From assembly GCF_006345805.1 (NCBI RefSeq), contig NW_021833762.1:1-55060 (forward strand): 55,060 nucleotides of DNA, written 5' to 3'. Shown piece after piece: positions 24,500 to 36,802 of this stretch (position 1 is its first letter; every line of letters begins with the position of its first letter). The notes below the pieces were generated by a model, which ran no database searches, was not told the DNA's origin, and was given only the letters and a program-made list of their open reading frames with translations. This DNA comes from Octopus sinensis. Its lineage: Eukaryota. Both the position numbers and the translations under genes were made by a program.

Positions 24500-24823
24500 C
24501 TTAAATCCTTAAAAATGTTTCAGCCCGAAGGCTGCGGCATTGCTGGGGCACCACCGCTGAATGAGCTACACTAATATGTGAATCCACCTCTGATACGTGG
24601 CACTTGGTCAACAAGGGAGTTCGATGCCGCTGCCCGCATCTGTGTCTCCTGTCGTGAGGTAGGTCCACCTGGGATCCCCGACAAGAAGAGATCCAGTTTA
24701 GTTTTAAAGAAACCCACATCCACATCATGCAAGTCTCTCAGGCATTTAGGGAGGATGTTAAAGAGCTGTGGTCCTCTGAAACCCAAGCTGTTGCAGTATC
24801 TGGTCCTGTATTTTGACGGTGAT
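24500..24823 (-). mobile_element. CR1-clade LINE 3' end
   Basis: GFRGPQLFNILPKCLRDL...FKTKLDLFL...RAAASNSLVDQ, the typical CR1 ORF2 C-terminus. Confidence 0.75.
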
Positions 24824-24861
24824 GTTGGAATTATATATATATATATATATATATATTCTTT

Positions 24862-25060
24862 TATTTTTTTATTATTTTATTTGTTTCAGTCATTTGACTG
24901 CGGCTATGCAGGAACACCGCCTTTAGTCGAACAAATTGACTACAGGACTTATTCTCTGTAAGCCTAGAACTTATTCTAGCGGTCTTTAAGTTACGGGGAC
25001 GTAAACACACCAGCATCGGTTGTCAAACGATGGTGTTGGCGGTGTGGGGACAAACACAAA
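24862..25060 (-). mobile_element. SINE group A tail half
   Basis: Reverse-complement match. Confidence 0.8.
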
Positions 25061-25741
25061 CACACAAATACATACAAACTCACACACACACACACACATA
25101 CACACACACACACACACAAACTTACAGACGCGTACAAACAAACGGTGTTTTGAGATACGTCTCTCCCTTTATACAAGAAATTAATCTAGCTGTTTGATAA
25201 AGATCGATCCCGAAAGGATGAAAGGTAAAGTCGACCTCGGTAGAATTTGAACTCAGAACGTAGCGGCAGACGAAATACTTATTTCTTTACTACCCACAAG
25301 GGGCTAAATACAGAGAGGACAAACAAGGACAGACAAACGGATTGAGTCGCTTATATCTGGCTGAAAATTAGTACTGAAACAATATGATTGAATAATAACC
25401 ATTGACGTGAGATGCTCACCCCGGATCCAGTCCAGGGCTCTAAAAGATCCCAATGCTGTTACTGAAGTAAAATAATTCAAGAATAAAAGCTGTAACCAGT
25501 GTTTTCCAGCCTATTCCCCTACCCCCAGGCTCCATTATAACTTTCCAGGGGATTTTAATATTTCGCAATTTTATGCTTTCCTTAAAGAAATATCCACACT
25601 GGAGCATCAGAATAGAGCTTTACTATAGCAAACAGTCTTCACACTGTATGCTTGCGCTGAAGGGATTGGTTTAGCTAAGCTGAGAATAAATATGTGTAGT
25701 ATGTTTGCTGTGAGAAAAGATTTTCAAAATTCCATGTCCCG

Positions 25742-25774
<33 letters not shown>

Positions 25775-26299
25775 CTGGGTTTCACACCCGACCACAATTT
25801 TCTCCCCCCCCCACTGGTGGGCCGTATGCCTCACGTTCGGAATCACTGCTGGAAATAGTTTTCTTTCTCTTGCAATACTGTTGAGATCAGAGGTCGTAAT
25901 TCCGCTAGAGTTTCTACTTTAAAAATCTAAAACAAAAAAAAAAAAACCAAAAAAAAAAAAGCAAAACAAAATAAAATCAAACCATCTGACCTTTGACCGA
26001 AACATTGTTATCGTCGGAGGTCATTTTTATTAAAATACATAAGCTATGACAGCATCATTTTGATTTAATTTACGACTAATCATTGTCGCTAATTCTATTG
26101 TCTTTACGGTGACAACTTGACATAATGTTTGACATAATCTGTTTAAGATTTTTTTTGTTTCTGTAGACAGATACAGCTGACACAGTCGACATGTTACGGG
26201 AGACGATAAAAATGTTGTCTTTGAGTTCAGCGCTTCGCTATATTGACACAGATGCGCAATAAGTGTGCGTGAGTAATGATAAAAACATATATATATATC

Positions 26300-26527
26300 C
26301 CTTACTGTCCCTCTCGCGTCTGACCACTGTCCGAAGTCAGGACACCATGATAGATCGTTAGCTCCTACACGCATTTTTTTCTCTCCTTGTTTTTTTCTGT
26401 GTATCTTTCTATCGAAGAGCGAAGGCTCGAAGCGTAGAAGACTTTCTATTCCTGAGCGTTATACTAATACATTTGTTTGTTTGTACTCCACCTGCCTTCG
26501 TCTTTTGTTTATTTTCGTAAACTTCCC

Positions 26528-26530
<3 letters not shown>
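26300..26530 (+). mobile_element. Penelope-like terminal-repeat remnant with a degenerate hammerhead-like segment; related pieces at 34950-35010 (-) and 49860-49960 (-)
   Basis: TCGAAGAGCGAAGGCTCGAAGCGTAGAAGAC, plus a shared 3' block TTTGTACTCCACCTGCCTTCGTCTTTTG...CGTAAACT. Confidence 0.5.
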
Positions 26531-26564
<34 letters not shown>

Positions 26565-26569
<5 letters not shown>

Positions 26570-26978
26570 TTACTTGTTTCAGTCATTTGACTATGGCCAT
26601 GCTGGAGCACCGCCTTGAAGTCTTGAAGCCTTTTAGTCAAACAAATCGACCTCAGGACTTTATCTTTTTTAAAGCCTATTATTCTATCGATATCTTTTGC
26701 CAAACTGCTAAGTGGCGGAGATGTAAACACACCAACACCTGTTGTTAAGCGCTGATGGGGAGGGAGGGGCGAACAAACACAGACACAAAGACACACATAC
26801 ATAGATATATACATATACATATACGACGGGCTTCTTACAGTTTCCGTCTACCAAATCCACTCACAAGGCTTTGGTCGGCCCGAACCTATAGTAGATGTTA
26901 TTTGCCAAAATTTGCCACGCAGTGTGACTGAACCAGGAACCATGTGGTTGGGAAGCAAGCTACTTACCACACAGCCAA
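26565..26978 (-). mobile_element. SINE group A
   Basis: Reverse-complement match. Confidence 0.88.
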
Positions 26979-27804
26979 TATGATTGTTAAATTAAGGTGT
27001 CATTGTTTTTCTCAGCACATTTGAGCTCTCATAATTCTTATGTATTCGTAATTTTTTGGCGCTAAACAGTTTCCCCCTTCTTGTCCCATGTGAAACATCT
27101 CCAGGACTTTCGAGAGAAAGACAGAAGGGTGACTTCTTGCTTCAAGAAGTTCAGTTCGCAATCACGAGTCCCGGACCCAGTTCACCCAAATCCAGCCCAC
27201 CCCACCACTGTGTGACAATTTGGGAAAATCTCTCAAAGCTTCGGATCGAAGCCAGCCTTGTGAAGATAAGTGGAAGTGGTAGGTGGAAACTGCGTGGAAT
27301 CCTGCCGAGATGCACTTGTTAATTCAAAAGCCAACTTTGTCTTAGACTGTGCCTCGACGATTCCGCCTTAAATTATATTAAACATACACGTATCATCTGA
27401 GGAATGCTCTGCCACTTACATGCAAACACTTGAGCAAATTGTGAAGCTAATACTTATTCGAAATACTTATTGGATGAAATTGATGAAGAATTCATGTACA
27501 TTGTTTGTGTATTCACATCAACTAGGCGTGAAGTCTTAAAAATCTCTCTACGATAAACGTAGCTGATTTTTAACAGAGATGGGCGAATATTAGCATAAAA
27601 TGTCTGTTGTTAATGACACATACATCCGGTGCAGTAATTGTGTAAACACAGTGTTATGTCAGAGTCACAATGACACAATTGTGACACAATGATGCATACA
27701 GAAATACAGCAACTGAGCCAACAGTGGCGTGGTGGTAGTAGGAGTCATCGCTATGTGGCCTGTATTGACAAGATTTTAAGCTAGGGGTTAAACAACAGAT
27801 ACGT

Positions 27805-28115
27805 GGAGGCGCAATGGCCCAGTGGTTAGGACAGCGGACTCGCGGTCGGAGGATCGCGGTTTCGATTTCCAGACCGGGCGTTGTGTGTGTTTATTGAACG
27901 AAAACATCTAAACGCTCCACGATGCTCCGGCAGGGGTGTGTGTGACCCCAGTTGTACTCTTTTGCCCCAACTGTCCCTCATTCTCTCTTCCTGTTTCTTG
28001 AGTAACGCTGCGATGGACTGTCGTCCCGTTCAGCTGGGGTGGGGGGAACACATGCGCCATAGAAACCAGGAAACCGGGGCCATGAGCCTGGCTAGGCTTG
28101 AAAAAGGGCGCAGAA
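27805..28115 (+). mobile_element. SINE group C with tail variant C
   Basis: Same head and body as 20482-20858 but a tail TAACGCTGCGATGGACTG...AAAGGGCGCA. Confidence 0.85.
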
Positions 28116-28689
28116 ATAAATAAAAAAACAGATACACACAATAGCTGTTGTGTACCTCTGTGTGTTTATGTGTACGTGTGTGTGCGTGTATGTGTTTTTG
28201 TGTGTGTACGTGCGCGTGCCTGTATTTATGGATACGTCTGTATGTGTGTGTGTGTGTGTTTGTCATAAAAGTATTTAGCGCGTTTCTTACATTTATAAGT
28301 GATTTAGTTTTCGCTTTTACGCCATGATGGCTACAGACATTATGGAGCAGGGCCGTATCTGAAAAGAAAAAAAAACTAAATTTCAACAAGGTCAATCAAA
28401 CTACTGTATATTCTTTAGTTGTTTTGCTAAGAAGCAAAGAACAACGGTGACTCTTTGTTGATATTCACCATATAAGATGACACATAATATATACATAAAT
28501 ATACATATACACACACACACACACAGAGACACACACGTGCAAGTTGCTGATAAGAAATCTACTAAAACTGCACATCTTTTCTGCATTCAAAAGAAACAGT
28601 TTACATTTTAACTCAAATGAAAGGCCAAAAACAACAGCAACAACAACAGCAAAAAAAAGAAAAAACAGTATTAACAGAGAGACCAGAAT

Positions 28690-28935
<246 letters not shown>

Positions 28936-29365
28936 TAAATGGCTCCTTTAATAGCAACCAGCATTCAAATGGAAAACGATTACGTTACAAGTAAAAATGT
29001 TACGAAAAGCAGAGAGGTTTTTGCGTTAAACAAAATGTTAACGAAAACAACTTGGTAACAATAGAATTGCAAGCAAGGAAAATTCCCCACCAAGGTGGGT
29101 GTGTGTGCGTGGGAATCTTACAAATGCACAGTCATCACCTTGACCACTAAGGCCAGCATCCTCTTTAAGCTTTTTTAAATTTTAAAACCGTATCCCCAAA
29201 GCAGGCCCCCATTGCTCATCACTCACCGAGCTTTCAACGAATTTGCTGGTTCTTGCAATACATACATCTAAAGCAAAATGTTTTTCTGAGGCCCTTAAAA
29301 TACTATTGTAGATCCACAAATTTACCATTTTGTTGTGTGGACCCAAAAATAAAACTTATATATAT

Positions 29366-29595
29366 TTCTTTACTACCCACAAGGGGCTAAACATAGAGGG
29401 GACAAACAAGGACAGACGAAGGGATTAAGTCGATTACATCGACCCCAGTGCGAAATTGGTACTTTATTTATCGACCCCGAAAGGATGAAAGGCAAAGTCG
29501 ACCTCGGCGGAATTTGAACTCACAACGTAACGACAGGCGTAATACCGCTAAGCATTTCGCCCGGCGCGCAAACGTTTCTGCCATCTCGCCGCCAT
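29366..29595 (-). mobile_element. SINE group B, full length
   Basis: TSD ATAAAACTTATATA on both sides. Confidence 0.9.
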
Positions 29596-30313
29596 AATAA
29601 AACTTATATAGTCGTTCAGAACCGCTGATTTAAAGGAATCAACATTCGTAATTTTCTTTATTTGTTTCATTTTAACAATTTAAAAGAAAGAAAGAAAAAC
29701 AAACAGAATGTGCTACTTCAAAAATAATTTTAATTTCTCCATACACTTTTAATTGTATCAAGGACCTGTAATTCTTTAAGGGATGCTGGCATCCTAGTTT
29801 TCCGGTTTTTACTAGTGTTCAGTGAAAACTAAGAATATTAGTTTTGCATTGATATATAGGTATTTAAAATAATTTTTCTCTTTATACCCAGTTTCCTCTT
29901 TAAGAGAAACTCGAAAAAGTTGTTGAAGAAGGAAAATGTAAAGTTTTCAGTCCTTTCAGCTTTGTCCACCATATCACACCTTTGGCCATAATCACCCGGA
30001 CATAAAAAAAACTGCCATTTCTTCTCGGCCACAGAAAGGATGCAGGGCGATCTTCACAATAGGTTAAGCTGATAGGGGGATTTCATTCTACATGTTATAG
30101 CAGCTGTTCGATATAACTCCACGAGTCAGCAGGCTTGGGTGCAGGACGAGTGCGTACACAAGAGTTTCGTTGTTTTGCGCGCAACTCGGGGCCCACTTCC
30201 ATTTCTGTAGAGTTTAACTCAGACCGGTAATATCTCCCTTCCTCGTTAGCACAACCTTACGGAGCTCCTACAACACGTTCAGCTACGGCAACAACAACAA
30301 CAACAACAACAAC

Positions 30314-30344
<31 letters not shown>

Positions 30345-30580
30345 AATGCGCCCTTTTAAAGCCTAAACAGGCTCATGGGCCCGGTTTCCCGGTTTCTATG
30401 GCGTATGTGTTCCCCAGTTGGACGGGACGCCAGTCCATCGCAGCGTTACTCATTTTTGCCAGCTGAGTGGACTGGAGCAACGTGAAATGAAGTGTTTTTG
30501 CTCATAAACACGACGCATCGCCCGGTCCAGGAATCGAAACCACATGATGCTGACACCCTAACCACAAAGCCACGCACCTC
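30345..30580 (-). mobile_element. CORE-type SINE with tail variant C
   Basis: Reverse strand: tRNA head, then CACTTCATTTCACGTTGCTCCAGTCCACTCAGCTGGC, then tail C. Confidence 0.8.
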
Positions 30581-30614
30581 CAGTAGTAGTAGTAGTAGTA
30601 GTAGTAGTAGTTAT

Positions 30615-30960
30615 AAATTTATGGGAATTGTCCATGGTTCCAGTTCGAAAGTCCAACGGAACGGACCAGCCTGTTGATTTTCGTCGACACCCAGAGTTTC
30701 CTTCGCCATTACACCTCTACAGAACGCCAACGTATAATTTTCATCGACCGCATTGTTCGATTTTGCAGATGGCTGTAAGTGCTTCATTACATTCCAGATG
30801 CCAAGCGCGCTGCCTCGGTCTTCGCTTGGCCTTAGGGAAACGCCCCAAACAAGCAGTAACCTCACTTGATCACTGTCAAGAAACCACCGAGGATGTTGCA
30901 ACCCCAGCGCATGTCTGTGCATCATCAGCTACGCAAAGCCCAGCCCTTCACTTAGCGGGT
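30615..30960 (-). mobile_element. Old RTE-like LINE C-terminal fragment (tentative)
   Basis: Reverse reading includes PKAKRRPRQRAWH, resembling the R.RGRP..RW motif. Confidence 0.35.
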
Positions 30961-31159
30961 GTTGGTAGGAGATGCTATCATTTACGACTCTATTTGACAG
31001 ATCATCGTTGTTGCTGTCGTTACAGTTGTTGTTTATGCTAGTCCTGTTGCTACTGATGCTGCTGTCTTCTTCTTCTTCTTCTTCTTCTTCTTCTTCTTCT
31101 TCTTCTTCTTCTTCTTCTTCTTTTTCTTCCTTCTCCTCTCCCTCCTCCTCCTCTTCCAA

Positions 31160-31577
31160 TCAGGACTCACGCCATTAGCCACAAAGAATAATCTCTAATT
31201 CGAGCCTACTCTAAGCTACTAAGAGTGCGCGTGGCAACTTGAAGATCCACCCACCACACGCGATACACTGGCGGTTGCACGGGCGCGAAAGCTACGTTGT
31301 TATCCTCATTCTGTAAACGGTGGCTTTTAACGGGTGGAGAGCTGAACCATTCTGGGTTACATAGTGGGTTACACCATGGTTCCTCTGCTTTGCGGCAGAA
31401 GTAGGAAGAAAGAGTGAGAGAAAGTTGTGGTATTCACCCCCCCCCCACCGGAGCCTCGTGGAGCTTAGTTGTTTTGTTTTTGCTCAATAAACACTCACAA
31501 TGCCCGGTCTGGGAATCGAAACCGCGTTCTTACGACCGCGAGTCCGCTGCTCTAACCACTGGGCCATTGCGCCTCCA
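31160..31577 (-). mobile_element. SINE group C with tail variant B
   Basis: Reverse complement of 17541-18010; preceded by (TTC)n. Confidence 0.88.
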
Positions 31578-31989
31578 CTTGATGCCGCTGTTATTGATGC
31601 TGGTCATTGACACGTCTGTGGCACAATAAAGTGGGAGGTTGTGTCTATGAGCAATAGTTTTACTTTGAAAAAATCACCCCGACCATCTTCCTCTCTCACT
31701 GGTTGCCCGTGGAAAAGACGAAAGCGTGGAAACTAAACTATCTTAGTTAATTTTTTGTTTTGAATGAAAAAAAAAAAAGAAAAAAGAAAAAAAGGAAAAA
31801 AATCTTTCTCAAACCTTTCCCTTGTCGGGGTGAATATCTATCAAAACGAAAGCGACCAATCCTTTACAATCCCCGGTCGGTTCAACAATGAAAAACAATA
31901 AAATTTACGAAATACAATCCTCCAATCCTTTGGAAAGGAAAACAAATCACACAACCTTACGGAGCTCCAACAGCACGTTCAGCTACGGC

Positions 31990-32104
31990 AACAACAACAG
32001 CAACAACAACAACAACAACAACAACAATAATAACAATAATAATAATAATAATAATAGTAGTAGTAGTAGTAGTAGTAGTAGCGGTTGTGGTGGTAGTAGT
32101 AGTG

Positions 32105-32136
<32 letters not shown>

Positions 32137-32230
32137 TGTTGTTGTTGTAGTAGTAGTAGTTGTGGTAGTGGTGGTGGTAGTGGTAGTAGTAGTAGTAGTA
32201 GTAGAAGTAGTTGTAGTGGTAGTGGTAGTG

Positions 32231-32265
<35 letters not shown>

Positions 32266-32469
32266 TGTGGCAGTGGTAGTAGTGGTAGTGGTAGTAGTAG
32301 TAATAGTAATAGTAGTAGTTGTAGTAGAAGTAGTTGTAGTGGTAGTGGTAGTAGTAGTGGTAGTAGTAGTGGTGGTAGTAGTAGTAGTAGTAGTGGTGGT
32401 AGTAGTAGTAGTAATGGTAGTGGTAGTAGTAGTAGTAGTGGTAATGGTAGTGGTAGTAGTAGTAGTAGT

Positions 32470-32500
<31 letters not shown>

Positions 32501-32520
32501 GTAGTAGCGGTGGTAGCGTA
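31990..32520. repeat. (CAA)n-(AAT)n-(AGT/GGT)n compound microsatellite
   Basis: Direct reading. Confidence 0.95.
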
Positions 32521-32875
32521 ACAATAACAACGGTAATAAGACCAGCGACAGCTGAGCTGATTGTTGATAAATAAAAGTGAATACGAATGTGTTATAGGTA
32601 TTTAGTGTTATATAATTATAGCAAACTGCAGCGAGATAGTCTTAATGGAATAAGAACAGCGACCAGTAAAATAATACTATGTTTTTAAAACGAAAGGCTC
32701 TGTTTTACATTTCACATTTTCTCACTGATGTCGGCCATTTTGGCTGACTTCCAAATTCACTTTTCAAAGCAACCATTTGTTTTTTAATATTTGTGTTTCT
32801 GTATATAAAACATGCTATATAGTGTTTCGATTCTATATGCGTTTTTTTAGCATGTGGGTATTTTGTGGTTGTGTG

Positions 32876-32966
<91 letters not shown>

Positions 32967-33122
32967 ATGTGTTTGTGTTTATGATCCTGCGTATGTTTAC
33001 ATTTATGCATGTATCTATATTACTTGTGGATGGATGTATGCATACTGACACAGGTACCTGTATACACGTCGACGAGTATATATTTCTTCTGTGTATTTAT
33101 GTGCATGTATCTTTTTTTCGAT

Positions 33123-33450
33123 GAAGGCGCATGGCTCAGTGGTTAGAGCGTCGAGCTTACGATCGTGAGGTTGTGAGTTCGAATCCCCGACCGGGCTGCG
33201 TGTTGTGTTCTTGAGCCAGACACCTTATTTCCCGTTGTTCCAGTTCACTCATCTGTAGAAATGAGTTGCGACGTCACAGGTACCAAGCTGTATCGGCCTT
33301 GGATAACCCTTGGATAACACTTGTGGCGTGGAGAGTAGAGGTCGGGATGCATGGGCGACTGCTGGTCTTCCATAAACAACCTTGCCCGGACTTGTGCCTC
33401 GGAGGGTAACTTTCTAGGTGCAATCCCATGGTCAGTCATGACCGAAGAGG
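33123..33450 (+). mobile_element. tRNA-derived CORE-type SINE with a distinct tail (variant D)
   Basis: GAAGGCGCATGGCTCAGTGGTTAGAGCG...GAGTTCGAATCCCC head, followed by TGTGTTCTTGAGCCAGACACC core. Confidence 0.82.
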
Positions 33451-33889
33451 ATGTCAGCAGCATATTTTATGAGTATACGCATGGAACTGGTTGAGAAAAG
33501 GCGTGTATGCATGTGTGTACTCCGTTTCTATGTATGAATGCATTTATGTGTGTGTCTGAGACTATGCGAGTTAATATCGCTTTTAACATCGCCACAGCAC
33601 GAAAATCCTTGGCGGGAGGGTTATACACTTTTCACACTTATTTTATATAATCTCAGCCGATAAAATGCAAAGTCGACACCAAAATTTGAATTCGCTACGC
33701 AATGGGACACAACAAAATACCACCTGACATTTTTCAAATCTACGTTGTGATTTCAAATCATGCCGTGACCAACTTAGTTTTTTTATCTTTTCGGGATCGA
33801 TAAAATAGAATACCAATTAAGTACTGGGTTAATGATAGTAGCTTAGCATTTCCTTTCATAAACTGCTGGTTTTGTACGTTCTTTTAAAC

Positions 33890-34545
33890 TAAATAGATCC
33901 AAAGCTGTTCGATGGACATTGGTGGTAGAAGCGCGACGAAGTAAAAACCTCGTCGGTCAAAGATCGAACATTGTTTTTGCTACTATATTCGGCCTTTGAT
34001 TGACTATGATGGGCGTGTGCTACTCGGTTCAAAGTAGATGTTTGCAGCATCCCAGCAGTACATCACTCAGCCGTTTCGAGCAAGTAATATATCAGAGAGT
34101 GTTATGGACCTAAGTGCCAACCTCGTCGATCTGCCGCGGCTCTTAGCGGAAGAAGAAAGGCCAGTCACAGAGGCTTAGACACAGAAAATATTCAGCGGTT
34201 GTGCAAAGGAGAAATCGAGTGATTTAGCTGGTTTTCCCTTTGAGTTTTACGATTATATGCCAGATTGTTTTTTGACGACCGCTTGGTAAACATCTATCGT
34301 GACTGGCAGTAGAACAAGAGAAATCCACTGCTGTTAAGTGGAGCGTGTTAGCATTGCTGAGAAAAGATGTCACCATAGATAATTTCCGGACCATAACCCT
34401 GCTAAATAGAGAGTTTAAGGTTTTCAAGTTGTTAGCAAAGAGGGTGGCACTTGTCACTAGTTTGATCGTGGAAGCACAAACGTGCGCGATCACCATTAGA
34501 TCCATTTAAGACAACCGCTACCTTATGCGATTCATCATAACACAT
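33890..34545 (+). mobile_element. Decayed Tx1/L1-like LINE RT fragment
   Basis: DLPRLLAEEE...KSSDLAGFPFEFY...DNFRTITLLNREFKV..LLAKR...QTCAI..RSI*DN.YLMRFII. Confidence 0.75.
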
Positions 34546-34784
34546 TTAGCTGTATAGATATTAGAGCATTCTATATATAAATGCTCTAATGTCTATACAG
34601 CCTTGGTTTTTTTTATCTTATTGCGCAAAAAATTCATATATACACACGCTGACATAAAACCAACGTTGAACCCTTTATTCGCAATATTACCGAATCTGGA
34701 ACTTAACTATGGTCTCTCTATAGCACTTACTCAACATTACCTGACACCTTTGGGTCTCAATGACACCATTATCTTTTATTATTA

Positions 34785-35215
34785 TTAGACTCACTTAAAT
34801 TTAAATGTTGAAGTGAATCTAACGGTTTTGTGTTTCTTAAATGGCTTATAAACACATTCCACGCTGCAATTGTTTTCGTTCCAGCACACGATCTCAGATC
34901 AGGTCACTTGCTATGCAAGTACATCTCCGTAATATATATATATATATAGGGAGAGTTTACGAAAAAAACAACAACAAAAGACGAAGACAGGTGGTGTACA
35001 AAACAAACAGATGTTGCAGCGTGGAAGGTGTTTATAAGCCATTTAAGAAACACACAAAATCCGTTAGACTCACTTAAATTTAAATGTTGAAGTGAATCTA
35101 ACGGGTTTTGTGTTTCTTAAATGGCTTATAAACACCTTCCACGCTGCAGTTGTTTTCGTTCCAGCACACGATCTCAGATCAGGTCACTTGCTATGCAAGT
35201 ACATCTCCGTAATAT
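34785..35215. repeat. Direct repeat (~150 bp, 34785-34935 and 35064-35215) overlapping a ~60-bp-arm inverted repeat (35015-35148)
   Basis: Direct alignment by eye. Confidence 0.85.
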
Positions 35216-35253
<38 letters not shown>

Positions 35254-35879
35254 CGTGTACTTGTATATCTCTATGTATCTAGGCATGTATAACGCTTGAG
35301 TGTGTATAAGTTTGTATGCATGTGTGTGTGTGTGTGTGTGTGTGTCTCTGTGTGTGTGTGTGAAGATGTGTTTGTGGTGGTGTGTGCGAGCTACATATGT
35401 TACACGTCTCAGAGCGTTGCATTTACATAAGTCTTACGTCTGTGTTAGGTCCTAGCAGAGAAGCGGCGGATCGTGTTACGTAGAATGTAATTCTATATCC
35501 GAAAGGGGGCGGGGGAGGCTGGGGAGGAGGGCGAGGAAGTGGTGATGGTTGGAAATAGGTGGAGCTATTGAGGAGATGAGGGAGCTGAGAGAGCACACGC
35601 GTGTATGTGTTTCTATATTGGTCACACCCTACTACCACCACCACCAAAAACCACCACCACCACTACCACCACCAAAACGTCAACGACCACCACTATCCTC
35701 CACCCCCACGCCACCGCAGTCGTTCTTCTCTTTGCATTTTGCACTCAGAACTACATTATTCACTTTTGCCTTCCTTTTAAAACATTTTGGATGAAGTTTG
35801 GCTACTATTTCTAGCTGGTCGTATGACCACAGTGATGCTCTCGTTAGCACGTTGGTAAAGATATTGGTGATGTTTGTGG

Positions 35880-36310
35880 TGGTGCTGGTTGTTTAGATGG
35901 TGGTGGTGGTGGTAGTGGATGTGTTGGTATTGGTGGTGGTGGTAAAGTAGATGATGGTAATGATGGAGTTGGAGGTAGTGGAGGTGGTGGTAATGATGGT
36001 GGTGGTGGTGCTGTTGGTGATGATGGTGGTGGTGGTGGTGGTGGTGGTATTGGTAGTGGATGTGTTGGTATTGGTGGTGGTGGTGGTGGTAAAGTAGATG
36101 ATGGTAATGATGGAGTTGGAGGTAGTGGAGGTGGTGGTAATGATGGTGGTGGTGGTGCTGTTGATGATGATAGTGGTGGTGGTGGTGGTGGTATTGGTAG
36201 TGGATGTGTTGGTATTGGTGGTGGTGGTGGTGGTAAAGTAGATGATGGTAATGATGGAGTTGGAGGTAGTGGAGGTGGTGGTAATGATGGAGTTGGAGGT
36301 AGTGGTGGTG
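35880..36310. repeat. Minisatellite of 141-144-bp units built from (GGT)n variants, three copies
   Basis: GGTAGTGGATGTGTTGGTATTGG recurs at about 35911, 36052 and 36196. Confidence 0.88.
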
Positions 36311-36802
36311 GAAAATTGGTGGCACTTCTTAGAAGATATTATCCTCATGAAGACCTCCTCCTCTACCTTCCCCCTCTTCCTCATCTTCATCACCATTATG
36401 TACAATAAGGTTATACAAACTGTCCGACGGTGCCCATCCTAATCGTAGTTAGTGTCAACTCTTAATTACGTTAATTACATTAATTATAGAAATATAAGTC
36501 ACGCTAGTAATTCCTGCAGTATAGAGCAAGTGATAGAGAGAAACAGATGAGAGGAAAAGCCAGTTCTTAAACTAGAAGAGGCAATTAAAAGTGGGATCGC
36601 GACCCACGTGTTACCGGCAAGGACGGCCCTTGATCATGTCTTCAATGCGGAACACGAAAGCTGTGTTTTATTGGGGCGAGAGCTTGCGTGCTAAGACAAG
36701 AAGGTACGAAAATCGTTCGATGAGCTCGGGTGGTGGAGGCACGACGTGGCAACAAAGTCACAATACAGTCTTTGACAGATCAAGATGGACGCGTTCTTTA
36801 AA

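Noticed and set aside
25496-25848. Possible third hAT MITE (CAGTG...CACTG ends)
   Set aside because: TIR match is weak and no 8-bp TSD
27050-27330. Possible LINE fragment
   Set aside because: No diagnostic motif recovered in manual translation
31888-32574. 228-aa Asn/Ser/Gly ORF
   Set aside because: Compound microsatellite
35777-36405. His-rich 182-aa ORF suggestive of cephalopod His-rich structural proteins
   Set aside because: Reverse reading of a (GGT)n-derived minisatellite; no signal peptide or Gly-His motifs; other frames are equally open
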